A DNA stretch of 64,000 nucleotides, taken from Puccinia triticina. Taxonomy: Eukaryota. The number at the start of each line of letters is the position of its first letter. The first letter of the stretch is position 1. Below the pieces are notes generated by a model that was not told where the DNA came from, did not search any database, and was given only the letters and a program-made list of their open reading frames with translations. This document shows positions 11,610 through 24,600 of the stretch, one piece after another. Location of the stretch: positions 6,758,001 through 6,822,000 of the forward strand of contig CP110439.1 in the NCBI GenBank assembly GCA_026914245.1. The letters run 5' to 3'. The position numbers were made by a program, and so were the translations under genes.

Positions 11610-14600
11610 ATTGCATAGAAATGAGTTTGAGGTGATGACACACATAATATGCGAGAGGTTGCAAACTAAGTGCATTTAACATTGGCATTGTGGTACGCTG
11701 CAACTGAGCAGACAATCTACTCTCAATACCAACCAGTGCCCATGACCATTGGCTGCTGCCCTCTGCCAGTATGGGGGCCAGGGAGGGGCCCACAGAGGGC
11801 TGGGTTGTCATCCCAGGTAGAAGTAAATCTCAAAGTTTCATTTAAAGCTGGGTGATGATTTTTTTATGCATGTGCTTGAACAACCTTAAATGCAAGGTTT
11901 GCCTAAAGTTTGGTGCCAACTGTGATTTTAGGTTAAGTGCATAAAAAAACCAGAATTTTTGAAAAAAAAAATCCAAGCATTCTAGAAAAGACAATACATA
12001 TCTTGTGCTTGGCTAAAAATTCAGAATACATGTGCTATGGATTTATAAATGACACCTGCCTCAATGCATCAATCAAACTATGAGAGGGTCCGTGAACTAA
12101 TGATCCAAACAGCTCCCCCAGTTGTCAACCTTTACTTGGCAAAATCTAAAAAGTTTAGGGCAACTAAAAGATTGTTTATTCCTAGTTAAAGCTTTGTATT
12201 TACAATCATAGAAATGAAGTTTGATAATGATCTGAGTGGGAAGATTGATCCGGGCATGTACCTAAAAGCAGGACAGGAGATGCCCGGGGACTGATTCTGG
12301 TTTGATGGGAGTGAAAGGAGTTGGATGCAGGCTAGCACCGCCTTCATGCGTTACAGGATGTTCTGTTTAGTCCTGCACTCCGGTCGGCCATGCGACGTGC
12401 ATCAGTCTCTTTATCTGATGGGTCTGTTTGCTTGGTGTCTTCCCACTTACGGGTTTTAGCCAAGTTACTGGAGTAACTTTGTTTTCTCTTGTCTGTACGG
12501 TTCTATACGCTCCTGTACTGTTTGTTTAAGCAGGGAGTTCCAACATTAGTTCTCTGCGTTCTGTTGTCTGTTTTTATGTCTGTGCTTATGCGTAACCAGT
12601 GCCTCCGACGATAGTTGTGAGAGCAGGTCTTTCTGGGTTTTGGATCCGAGTCGTTCCGCAAGAGGTCTACAAATGAACACGATAAAGTCAGCCTTAACAT
12701 TAAGTCTGCTTTTTGCTCCTCTCGGGATGTACAAGGTTCTGGTCTGTGTTTGCGCTTGTCTGTGGGCTGTGACCATTAAGGTTCTCGCTTGCTCGGCATC
12801 TGCGGTCGACGAAGCGATACACAACAGTTAGCTTTGCCGTGGTTAGGGTTTGGTCTGGACTGCAAAAGGGGTCTAACCTTTTATGGCAGCTGGGCTTGCG
12901 CCTTGGTCTAGCCGCGCGAGCTTCCTTGGAGGTTGCTGCGGGTTTGGGTCTGGTTCTGGTTTCCTGCAGCCTTGCATACTTCGAGTCGCAAGATTCAAAG
13001 TAGCTTCTGAGATTTGGATCACTCCTATCTGGGCAAGTGAGCGGCGAATGACTGAGCGGTTGGTGAGGAAATCGGCCGCGTTGGCGGTTGTTTTCACGTA
13101 ATGAAGCTTGATGATGTTGGCCAATATCAGTTCCCGGACAAACTGGAGTCAAATGTTCATATGTTTAGTTCGGAAGCTGTTTTGAGAGGTCTCGCTGTTT
13201 GCGAGATCAATTGCGCCTTTATTGTCAACGGCTACAGTGATTTCTTCAACGGTCTTCTGCAGCTCGATCTCCTTGATGAGGCTTGCGAACCAGGCCAGGT
13301 CCCTACCAAGGTCAGATAGCGCCTTGTATTCCGCCTCTGCCGTGGATAGAGAGACCGTTGGCTGCTTACTTGACTTCCAGTTGAGCAAGTGAGAGCCAGC
13401 TGTCACGACAAAGCCAGTAGTCGACCTCCTTGTGTCGGGGCAGTTTCCCCAATCAGCGTCGGAGAAGGCGTTGAGGTTGATTGACGGTGATTTCTTGAAG
13501 GTTAGGCCTACGTGCTTGGTTCCCAATAGGTATTGGAATACTTGGATGGCGGCCTGGTAGTGCTTGATTCCTGGAGTTTCCAGGTACTGAGAGAGTTGGC
13601 TGACTGCCAGGGAAATATCTGGTCTTGTGAGTATGCTAAGGTAATTCAGTGAACCAACAAGTGCGCAATAGTTAACTCTGAGTTTCTTGAGGGAGTCGAT
13701 TTCAAGTTGTGTTGCTTTCGTGAGGCGTTCTCTTGGATTGAGGGGGCACAATTCCGGGTGCTTCTTGTCGAGTCCAAACTCTGCTAGTTTGCGTTCGAAA
13801 TATTGCGTCTGATTGATCTGGAGTCCGTCCTTGAAACGATGAAGGTTCATCCCCAGGAGGAATTCCGCATTGCCTGGGTATTTTATCTCAAATTCCTTCT
13901 CCATCTGCGCTCTGAACACCTCGGGCTTGTGGCTGATGATCACTATGTCGTCCACGTGGGCGAATAGCCAGGTTGCCGGGTTATGAGGCGTTTCGCGTTG
14001 CCAGAACACGCATGGATCAGAGATAGAAATTTGGAAGTCTAGCGATTTGAGGTATGCGGTGAGGCGCTTGTACCAAACAAGCGGGGCCTGGCGCAGTCCG
14101 TAGATGGCCTTCTTCAGGTGCAGAACTGAGTTGGGGGGGCATTAATATCCCTGCGGGGGCAGTAATGTGACTGTATCTTCTAGGGGACATGTGAGGAAAG
14201 CGCTTCTTACGTCGAGTTGGTGTATTTTCAATCCGTGGTTGACTGCGAATGAGATTAGAAGCCACAGTGAGGCTGCTTTGCCTGTTGGAGCGTAAATCAC
14301 ATTGAAATTTCTTCCGTGTATTTGCCGGAAGCCTTGCGCACAGATTCGGGCCTTGAATTCAATGACCTCGTTCGAAGCACCGAGTTTCCGTCTGTATGCC
14401 CAGGTCAACGGGATGGGCTCATCCAATGCAAGCCTCTGACGGACTACCCAAACCTGGTGATTCAGCATATTTTTGATTTCCTTCTGCTCTGCCTTGGTCC
14501 AGCTGCGTCGGTCTGTTCATGGCCTGGTTGTGGTTCTTCGGATTGACTTCTCTCTTGATCAGGAAAGCTTGGCGAGAGCGCTTTCCGTGAATTATGTTTG

Positions 14601-15567
14601 AGGCATTGATTCCGCTGGATATTTCTTTTGGTGGGGGAGCGGTTCTCCAGGCGTACCTTTGGGTATGAAGCTGAGGTTGTTCATGTGCTCTTTGAGGAAC
14701 AGGAGATTTGTTGGGTGGGGATTGGCTTGGGGGACTGGGCGAGCGGATGGTCTGGATAATACTGGATATTTCCTGTTCTTCTTCTTCTAGCTTGCTAGCG
14801 CCGCGAGCCGCCTTGCGTTCTTCATGTAGAGATTCCTCTTCGCTGAATGGTAAGGGATCTTGCGAGTTGAAGCTGGGTAATTTGTCCAAATTCAGAAGTA
14901 GATGGCTCTTGTTTAGCGCCGGGCAGTCGGGAAAATGAGCTTCATCAAAGTGCACGTGTTTGGCCGTGACAATGACTTTATCTTCGAGCCTGTAAACCCT
15001 GTATGGAAAGTAATTGTTTTCCTAGCCCAGGAAAACTCCCTCCCATGCGATTGAAGAGAATTTGGTATCTCTCTTCTGCTTCGGCTTGACGATCCAGGCT
15101 TGGCAGCCGAATGGGCGGAAGAAGGCGATGTTAGGCTTTGCCTTAAACATAAGTTCTAAGGGCGATGCCTTGCTCCTTGCCAAGGAAGGGAGACAGTTCG
15201 TCGTGGATGTTGCGGTCTTTACCGCCTCAGCCCACCATTCTGGAGCCAAGTTGGCTTGCATCATGAGACAGCGCGTCATATTGATGATTGTGCGGTTAGC
15301 ACGCTCGGCCATGCCGTTGTTTTGAGGGGTGTAGGCGGGAGCAACGTTATGTTGAATTCCCTCTGACTGAAGTTGTTCTCCCAGCGTGCCGTTCACAAAT
15401 TCTCCGCCGCCGTCCGATATGAGTTTCTTCATTTGGAAGCCGGTTTGCTTCTCAAAGAATACCTTAAAGTCGAGTATGGCCTTGGATGCCTGGCTCTTCT
15501 CTTTTAGGATTGCGGTATTTATGTACCCTGTGAATTGGTCCACTAGGGTGAGGAAATATCGAGCTCC

Positions 15568-15782
15568 TGTAGAGACTGTAAAATGAAGATGTGTCTGGTG
15601 AGAGTTGAACTCACGACCTCAGCTATGCTGAGACACATACTAGAGTGCTGCCTTTACCAACTAGGCTACAGACGCTTGTGACTTCCAGCTGGGTGGTTGG
15701 TTGGTAGTGCTCATGGGTCGATCCAACAGCCCTCCATACTGTGGTGATACATCATGGTAGCAGACTAACAGACAACTCAACA
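15568..15782 (-). mobile_element. 215-bp solo LTR containing a tRNA-like gene, inserted in the Copia integrase
   Basis: TG...CA termini (TGTAG / CAACA); perfect 5-bp TSD GCTCC; interrupts the GGARYF integrase motif. Confidence 0.85.
15590..15675 (-). tRNA. tRNA-like cloverleaf inside the solo LTR (long variable arm, Leu/Ser-class; anticodon ambiguous)
   Basis: GCGTCTG-TA-GCCT-AGTTGGTAA-AGGC-A-GCACTCTAGTATGTGT-CTCAGCATAGCTGAG-GTC-GTGAG-TTCAACT-CTCAC-CAGACAC-A. A box TAGCCTAGTTGG; B box GAGTTCAACTC. Confidence 0.6.
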
Positions 15783-18512
15783 GCTCCTCCATTCGTTGGG
15801 GGGGATATAGGTCCAACCAGGTCGCAGTGGATGATGGAGAGTGGGGTGTCCGTCGTTTTGAAAGTACCTTTGCACAGAAGCCGGGTTAGCTTGCCTTTCA
15901 TGCAGGCTGTGCATGAGTGGGTCTTAGTAAGGTCTAGGTTGTCTGGTACAGCTTGTGCAATTCGACCGGAGCTGGCGTGACCTAGCCGGTTATGCCACTT
16001 TTGAAAATCAGAGAGTTGAGGCGCAGCGACTGTGGCCATGCCAACTGCCAGATTCGAGGGAGGCGATGCGCCGACGATTTCAAGAAGGTCGTTGTCTGTG
16101 TTAACTTGAAAAGCTCTATTGTCGTCCAGTTGCACCTCGAAGACGCCGTTGCGCTCACTGATGAGTGCTTTATGACTCATGAGTTGGACCATCGACACCA
16201 GGTTGCGGGTAAGCTTTGGCACAAAGAGAGCATCCGGTAATTGCAGAATCTGTCCGGATGAGAGATGGAGTTGTGCTTTTCCTCGGGCGACTGCCGTGAG
16301 CTCGGATTTGCCGCTGCCCGTTGCGATGCTGATTTGGACCGGAGTAGTGTGGCTGAAATATTCCAGTGAGTTGAGCATATGATTGCTCGCTCCCGAGTCA
16401 AGGATTGTCGACAAGAGAATGCCCGATTTCGTCGTATTGTAGGTGAAGGACGGCTTAACGATTGACGTGTGGTAGGCCTCTTCCTCCTCATCTTCAGCCT
16501 CCTCAGCGGTTGTATGGTAGGATGTGCGCTGTCTCTTTGGTTGGCGTTCTGGCTGGGGCATGAGGGGCTTATCGGCCGGGCGAGAAGTCGGGTGTATGGT
16601 CCAACAGTCCGCTTCAACATGCGAAGTGGCTTTTGGGTTGTGCTTTCCGTGACTGCACCTGATGACACCTACTCCAGAGCCGCCAGGGTGACCTCCTTGT
16701 CTTCTTGGCTTTCGGGTGGGTCCGGTGGCGAGAGCTGTGGAGGTTGGTTCAGGATCATCTACAAATTTGCGCTTTGTTGCCGTCTCGTGGCGCCCAATGT
16801 CTCGTAGCTTCGCAATGATTTCTTTTGGTTTGGCTAAGGCTTTGAGATCTGCAAACAAGGCTTGCATGAGCATGGGGCGTCGCTTGGTGATCTTTCCAAC
16901 AATCCCGCATCCGACTAGAACTTCTGGTACTTTAAGGCCTAATGAGCTGTATTCCGCTAGGCTTTCTTCCATTTTGATTATGTAGGAGTTTAAATCTTTG
17001 TTGTACTGGATGTCGAGCCACTTGTTCCATACCTGGAACACAGAAAGGAGTGATTTGGATGCGTAAATAGTCTTGATATCTGTCCAAATAGCGAACGGGT
17101 CCTGTTCATTCTTGTTGTTGATGACGCTGGTGAAGATAGCGTTAGATATAGCCTCACTGAGAATGCTACACGTCCTGAGCGCTCCCTGCAGCTCATTTTC
17201 ATCGGGTTCTTCTGGCAGTGGTTCCTCAATGTATGTTTTGAGATGACAAGGGCAAAGGTGCATTTTGATCTTCCTTTCCCAGAGTGGGAAGTTTGATCCA
17301 TCAAACTTCGGGACGTTGACGTGGTCCTTGTCCGGGCTGTAAGCGTTGCTTTTGGCCGGGATGGGAGTTCGTTCGACACCTTGGCTTGGAGCTTGATTGC
17401 GGGTATTAGCCATCCTGGCCTGCCTTCAGTTGCTTGTTGAGGTGGTCTATTCAAGCGTGATCGAGACTGTAAATCTAAAAAGTTTAGGGCAACTAAAAGA
17501 TTGTTTATTGCTAGTTAGAGCTTTGTATTTACAATCATAGAAATGAAGTTTGATAATGATCTGAGTGGGAAGATTGATCTGGGCATGTACCTAAAAGCAG
17601 GACAGGAGATGCCCGGGGACTGATTCTGGTTTGATGGGAGTGAAAGGAGTTGGATGCAGGCTAGCACCGCCTCCGTGTGTTACGGGATGTTCTGTTTAGT
17701 CCTGCACTCCGGTCGGCCATGCGACGTGCATCAGTCTCTTTATCTGATGGGTCTGTTTGCTTGGTGTCTTCCCACTTACGGGTTTTAGCCAAGTTACTGG
17801 AGTAACTTTGTTTTCTCTTGTCTGTACGGTTCTATACGCTCCTGTACTGTTTGTTTAAGCACGGAGTTCCAACATTAGTTCTCTGCGTTCTGTTGTCTGT
17901 TTTTATTTCTGTGCTTACGCGTAACCAGTGCCTCCAACAATAGTTGTGAGAGCAGGTCTTTCTGGGTTTTGGATCCGAGTCGTTCCGCAAGAGGTCTACA
18001 AATGAACACGATAAAGTCAGCCTTAACATTAAGTCTGCTTTTCGCTCCTCTCGGGACGTACAAGGTTCTGGTCTGTGTTTGCGCTTGTCTGTGGGCTGTG
18101 ACCATTAAGGTTCTCGCTTGCTTGGCATCTGCGGTCGACAAAGCAATACACAACAGTTAGCTTTGCCGTGGTTAGGGTTTGGTATGGACTGCAAAAGGGG
18201 TCTAACCTTTTATGGCAGCTGGGCTTGCGCCTTGGTCTAGCCGCGCGAGCTTCCTTGGAGGTTGCTGTGGGTTTGGGTCTGGTTCTGGTTTCCTACAAAA
18301 TCCAAGGACATGGCTGACTCCAAGTGCAAGCAACTGCTCATTCCGGGCCAAATCACTCCAAGGAGACATGAATGCACAGGGTTGGATTTCTGTCAATACC
18401 CTTCAGCAACTAGTCGGCCAGTTGAAAGACTTGTTGCCCACAATTAGCTCTCTAATGAAAGAAAATGTTGCCCATTGCACCCAGTTCCCCCGCAATGCTA
18501 ACCCCCTTAACT

Positions 18513-18725
18513 TGAAGAGACTTTGAAATGAAGATGTGTCTGGTGAGAGTCAAACTAACAACCTCAGCTATGCTGAGACACATACTAGAGTGCTGCCTTT
18601 AGCAAATAGGCTACAGACACTTGTGGCTGCCAGCTGGTTGGTTGGTTGGTAGTGCTCATGGGCTGATCCAACAGCCTGTCATACTGGTGATACATCATGG
18701 TAGCAGACTAATGGACAACTCAACA
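18513..18725 (-). mobile_element. Second, more diverged copy of the tRNA-containing solo LTR
   Basis: Colinear with 15568-15782; TGAAG...CAACA ends; TSD TAACT/AAACT (4 of 5 match). Confidence 0.8.
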
Positions 18726-18758
18726 AAACTAGCTTGCAATTATGCTACATAGTATATT

Positions 18759-18960
18759 AGGGGGGTTCACAATAGGATTTTAATAAAATTTTAAAGCTCA
18801 TTTTAAGGCCTTTGTGAGCAATGTTTTAGAAATGTTTTAAGCTGTCCACATTTGGGTGTTCCTTGGCAATCAGAACAACTTCTACATTTTCCAAAAATTT
18901 GTTCACAAAGGCCTTAAAATGGGCTCTAAAGTTTTATTAAAATCCTATTGTGAACCCCCC
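18759..18960. mobile_element. MITE with GGGGGGTTCACAATAGGAT TIRs
   Basis: Long imperfect inverted arms; 4-bp flanking TATT. A related copy lies at 31985-32183. Confidence 0.8.
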
Positions 18961-19883
18961 TATTGGATACTATCACTCCTTCACAATCCCATCACTGCTT
19001 TCTGTCTCCCTCATTGCTTCTTGCCCAATCACACATCCATGTTGTTCCTTTGTTTCTTCCATTTGCCAATTCCAACACATAGTAGTTAACTCCATCTCCA
19101 CACAAGACCCAGAGTCAGACCCAATTTGCATTTTGAACACAGTCTCAAAAATGCTGTCAAGGAAGAGCACACTCCTCTACCCCTGACACCCTCGTGGGAT
19201 CCATCTGGCTCTCCGGCTTCTCCCACCCAAACATCACCAGCAGCACCAATCTGCTCAACCACCCCCAACCTGTCAAATCCGGCTTCGCTCTCCCCCCCGC
19301 CCGCAGGAACAGCCAGCTCCACTGGACTGGCCCTGCATAAGCTCATATAATCAATGATCCTGATCTCCGGCCTTTTCTCATATGCCTAGAGATGCTTATC
19401 CCTCTAGGCTACGGACCAGTGCATCCACGCCCTGCATTCAAACAGAATGCACCAGTGTGCACAAAAGTTAAACCTTTCTTTTCACTTGCTCAGAATTGAA
19501 GCCCACGGAAAATGGCAAATGGCATGCAAACATTTTTCTGCTCTGATAAGATATATTGGCACGCACAAAGAATAAAATCTAGAAAATAGACCAATTTGTT
19601 TTCGAAGATATTTCTACCCCAGAACAATAATGGAAGTTAACAAAAGGATGGCACACCTAACTAGATCTGTATCTGAGGGGAAAAGGCCAGGACGAGGTAG
19701 GTTGACAGAAGCGGCCATAGATAAAATGATAAGAGTATAGTGAAACTGGAGTTTTCCCAGACATGTGATGGGCAAGGCTGGACACAATCCGACCCGAGAT
19801 ATTATAATGTACGAACGCTGGACAGTGGAGATAGCCCTGGGGCTACATTAATATATGAATGTGACTGGAAAAGAACCTTCAAT

Positions 19884-21056
19884 CTATCTGCCGCATTTGT
19901 CCATCCTGACGATAGCGACTGTGAAAAGGCCGACAAGATATTCCTTGACAATGTGCAACCCCGAGGGATAGGTCAGATCTATTTGCATTGTATGGACGGC
20001 CGAAGGATGGGGATGAATAACGTACTATCGGGATATCGTCGTTGGTCACGATGCTGTAAATCGTTGTATGGGGTCGTTTGGTGTGCCAAGACATCGCAAT
20101 CCATTCGTGTCCCCATGTTCGAGCTGTTTCAGATCATTTTGAAAAGCCGAAGAAACAACAAAATTTCATGCCTGGTCAATACAGTTCTCGACCCAAAAGC
20201 AAAAACATGAAAGGCACGATCGGATCTTGGTTGGCCGTGGAGCGGAGATTGACAAGATTGAGTCGGCCGGCTCTTGAGATGAGTGTAAGAGGATTTGACC
20301 ATGAAGAAACAAAACAAACTCCTTCAAGTTTTGACAAAGATGAGATAATTATATTTACCATGGAAATGGGCGACAGGACGGCCCTGTTTGTCTTTAATTG
20401 GGCCAGCCAACCCCATCTGATTTCTTTCCCAGATATAATCCTCCGTTAGGACTCCACCTCTCTTTATCTCCCAACGGTCGCTCAACCAAAACCTTGGGTG
20501 AAAATCAAAGGAGACCCCATCAGTGGTGCGGTAGGTCTGTTTGTAGCCGCACCATTCCAGTTGAGGCTTTTTCCAACGTATAGTAATAATCCGGCCATCA
20601 GCATTGAACGAAGTTCTCTCTTTATATGGTTCGGGGACAAGATGTGAACATGTGACTCACCTTGATGTTGGGTTCAAGCTGTTTTTTTTTTGAAGAAATC
20701 CCTCGTCAGTACGACACAAACCATAATTGTCTTAGTTGTTTTCGCAAGCTTACTTCGAGACCGATAGTGAATTCGTGTCGCTGAGGGTTCGTGACGGACA
20801 TACGAAAAGCCTCTGCCGAAGGCCCATCGAATTGGGTACGGACTTGCAGGGTGTCAGCGCCGTTGGCTTCGCGGACGAAGAAGTCCCGTCTGAGCCATGA
20901 GATCTCCCGCTCGAAGATGAAAGTCCTGGTCGCGGTCGAGTTCGTCCGAATGGAAGGGGCAAGAATATCGATGCCAGCCACGAGACCAAGTAGCGAAGGA
21001 ATGATCGGAAGGACTGCAATGGCCCTTCTCATGCTCAGTCGGTCCAATCCCACCAT
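19884..21056 (-). CDS. Secreted rust-type protein, 4 exons (possibly a LURP-one/Tubby-C-like beta fold)
   Basis: Signal-like N-terminus RRAIAVLPIIPSLLGLVAG. Manually spliced exons: ~21056-20754; ~20564-20360 (PQLEWCGYKQTY...WEIKRG...VAHF); ~20123-20032 (RTWGHEWI...DDIPI); ~19944-19884 (EYLVGLFTVAIVRMDKCGR*); GT-AG introns. Confidence 0.7.
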
Positions 21057-22091
21057 GTCTTGAGACTTTTGGATTCTTTTCTGCGTCTTTTCTTATTCAG
21101 GTCAAGTGAGTGAGAATATTGCAAGCGGTAGAAATGTGCTGGTAACTGGGACAGTCTGGTCAACTTGGACCGCTCTTTTATGTTCTCCGGTCTCGAGTGT
21201 CCTGACTCCTGAAACGATTGACTGCGAAAAGGTGGATCTGACGCTGCTCGAGGCCAAGATGTAAAGTCTATCTGGCACATAGGCATGCCAAACAAGCCCT
21301 AACGGGCACCGCTTTCTCTTTGAAGGGAGCAAGCTGTGTATTCTCACTTCTACTCGGCCCAATGAGACTCGTATGGGCTTCGGAAACATGAGTGATATGT
21401 GCGATGGAAAACTGATGGGAAAGGTTCACTCAGACTGACCTGTTTCGTCAAGGAGTCAAAAGGACCACTCGGGCTGTAAAAGCGAACACCGATGAGCAGT
21501 TGATCTGAAACGCCGTTCGGCACTTTAACAATCGACGAGCAACAGCGAGGGTAGAATGACGCACCAAGAACCAAAAATTTACCCCAACATGAAGGGCAGC
21601 AAAGTTGAAGCGGACAGAGAGACAACTTCACGTGTTTCCAATAATATTTCAGAGAAACGGAGAAGAATGTACCATCCCTAGGCCTACCTCTGGGGAGTTG
21701 GTTAATTTGTTACTATTTGTGTTTGTGTGTGCATCAGGAAAGTTTCCAATTTGCCACCCAAATCAAGTACCAACCTCTCAGTTTCCATTCAATGGTGATT
21801 TCACCTTGAGCCTGACCGCCACACCCAAGTAAACGCATAGATGGGGGGTTCCATCAGCTTTGAAATCACCAATCTATATTGCGCATTATGGCTCCATAGC
21901 TGTTTTTGTAGGAAAGAGACAGCTCAGAATCAGATCCGATCAGTATACTATGTAAAGATCTATAAACTCTTCTATCGACACAACAAACTGCTTATCATCT
22001 TGCATTACTGTATTTTTGGTTTTGGTTGGTCTAAGAGGTGATACATCAAGCAGGCCGATAAAAGCAGGGGGTTGAAGGGGGAGGGGGGAGA

Positions 22092-24302
22092 TCAGGCGGA
22101 GATTTTGGGCTTCTTTTCAGCCCGACCGATCTCAGGCACGGAGTTAGTGGAAGGAGCGGTGCTGGGTGCGCCATTAGAAGAGACGACATTGCCTTCGGCG
22201 TCCCGTTTGTTTCCAGAGATCGTTGGCGAGTTGGTCTTGTTGTCTTCGCCAGCGGCAGCAGCATCGGCGTGACCGTTGGCCCCCTTTTCGGCGTTCCGAT
22301 CACGCCCGCCCGAGCGATTACCACCTCGACCCCCTCGCCCTCCGTCTCGGCCACCCCGTCCTCCTCGTCCCCCACGCCCCCCTCGTCCTCCTCTGTCTCC
22401 TCCGGATCCCTTCCGGTGTTGGTTGTCCGCCTTCGGCGCAAACGTAGACTTGGCCCTAAGGGCTGCACAATCCAGATGGAACTGTCTGTTCTGTTCATCT
22501 GGAAATTATTAAATCGCATTAGTCGATTGACACACAGGTGCCACAGAAGCTTTGAGCAAAGAAGGCCCGGTTCGAAGAAAGGTTGCACCGCTTACCATCC
22601 AGACGGGTGAACTTGACTGCGCGGCCTCCAGATCGGACTCCTTTGGCTTGGATTTGCGCGAATTGTTCATCGCTAATCGGTTGGTCAAAACCGACTGTTC
22701 CTTTGGCTTTGTCGGTTGGCGTAACATGAACAACGTTGCAAACCAGTTCTCCCTCTGTGAGATTTTCCTAATCAAGTTGGACACATCACGTTAAGAGTTT
22801 GTTCCCAAGAAGAATAAAGTTAGGGAGAGTGGCTTACTTTGAAACTGCGGAAGTCAACCCGAGCTTCCTTGAAGTCTTTGGGCGCCTCGCCTTCCAGCTC
22901 GAATGCCAGAGCCATGTTGGACCGGTAACTCTTCAATTCTTCGGGATTCTTCAGAGTACCATCGTTATTGACTTCGAGTTTGTTTCCTTCGTATTCGATG
23001 GTTTTCGCTTCTTCCTTCTCTTTAGTGGCCTTGCCCGAATTTTTGGACGAAAACGGTCCACCAGCGTATTGTTTCGATCCAGCCGCAATCATCTTGAGTT
23101 CTTTGAAGGCATTGAACGTCGAGCTGTTTCCTCCGATAACTCCCGACTTGACTGGGCCAGCTTGGGATGTGGCTTCTCCTGCTTGTCGTTTTCCGGACAT
23201 CTTCGGTGGGGGTAGCCCTTTTTCGTTGGCTTTCATCGTAACATAATCAATCCTGTGAATCAAAATAAGGTAGATCTTTGAGCAACTTTAAAAAATCAGG
23301 AAGAGAAAGAGGTGAGCCCGGGCTTACTTGAACATGATCGAGGAGAGTTCACGTCCCTTAAACTGAGGCTTGTCGCTGTCTTGCTTGAATTGGTGAACGA
23401 GCTGTTCCGCGGACTGAGGCTCGGTATATTCAATAAAAACTGAGTTCTTCCACTTTGAGGGGCCATGCGGTTTGTCTTGCTTAGGTCCTTTCACGTTTGT
23501 GTTTTCGCGCCTCATTCGCAAGACAGCTACTGGACCCCATTTCTTTGCCCACTGTTCCAGTTGAACCTGCATATTAGCAGGCTCTCCCTTCGCCAAGTCT
23601 TCTTCACTCATGAAACCCTTCACATACACACAACGATCGCTAACACCGGCCCGACTAGTTTCTTCTAGCTTCAACAAACGCCGGACGTACAACGTCGGTT
23701 TTCCATCGACTTCTTCAGTGACCACGTCTATCAGCTTAGGCGTGGTTGGAGAGGTTTGGATGATCTTAGCCAATTTACTGGTCGGATACTTGGATGAGTG
23801 GGCCCTCATGCGTTTGAATGAGGCAACCGTTTGAAGAAGGACCGGTGAACATCCAGGTCCGTAGGCTTCAGCTTTTTGTTTGGCCTCGGCTGAGAGGTTG
23901 GGCGCTTTGACCGAATCGAGATGAGGAGTAGTTTGGAGGAACATGAACTTGTCGAATGGCAAATTGGCATCGGAGAAATAAAATTCGACTTGGGAGTAAA
24001 TAAAGAGCAAATATATTAGCATTTGCAGTGCGGCCCACGTTTGGAAGATTGGGTTGAACGAAAAGATGAGATGACTGACTTTGCCGGATGATTTCAAGCC
24101 TCTCCTCTTCACTCACGCCCTCGACACTCTGGCTGGACTGTTCAGGCTGATCGGAATCTTTCGTGCTTGCGGGATCAGCAGCGACAGCATCTGTTGATTG
24201 GTCGACTTGCTCTGCGATTTGCGGCTTAGTGGCGATAGGCTGCTCTGGGTCGGCAAGTTTGCCCGCGAGAGGATCAACTGGATGCTCGGTAGTGGCAGTC
24301 AT
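22092..24302 (-). CDS. LHP1: La protein homolog (La motif + RRMs), multi-exon
   Basis: IIRQ-intron-EFYFSDANLPFDKFM La motif, ASFKRM, RRM with VYVKGF and KNSVFIEY, RGG-rich segment, basic C-terminus AEKKPKISA*; ATG at 24302. Confidence 0.85.
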
Positions 24303-24600
24303 GATGGATTCGTCTGCGGTGTTCGGTGCGGCTAGGAGGGAGTAGGGAAGTGCTGGGATGCCGGGATGGAGAGTGGTGGGCAGAAACTTTTGGATGGTCG
24401 GGGTGCGGAAGGGCTCGGATCATTTTTGTAGGTTCGACTCTGGGCTAGTGGTTAGGGCTACTCCCAACTGGGCTTGCGCGGATGGACAGGCGAGCAGGTA
24501 TATGGATATGCAATATGCACTCTCGCGCTCGCATCCGAGCGCGGAGGAACAAAGTGCCTCATTTGCACATTCCGGGTGGGTTTTGCACTCGCATCTCTCA

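Larger units (their letters stand above)
13000..17413 (-). pseudogene. Copia gag-pol polyprotein, fragmented
   Basis: Gag with CSHGKHNP..H..C; protease ILDSGASNHM; GAG-pre-integrase WHNRLGH..C..C; integrase SDGGGEF / QNNGMAER; RT KARICAQG, HQLDVRSAFL, HVDD; RNase H SDADWG..TRRS / STAEAEY. Confidence 0.92.
12142..18297 (-). mobile_element. Ty1/Copia LTR retrotransposon, decayed
   Basis: ~830-bp direct LTRs at 12142-12968 and 17468-18297 (TGTAA...CTACA). Internal gag-PR-INT-RT-RH order on the minus strand, broken by stops, frameshifts and an insertion. Confidence 0.95.

Noticed and set aside
15630..15650. Possible CTA (amber-suppressor) anticodon in the LTR tRNA
   Set aside because: A CT-CTA-GT loop does not give a paired anticodon stem; TAG or an intron-containing reading is equally possible, so no anticodon is assigned.
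19740..20449. Plus-strand ORFs of 156 aa and 123 aa
   Set aside because: They lie antisense to the spliced secreted-protein gene and lack ATG-led, motif-bearing sequence.
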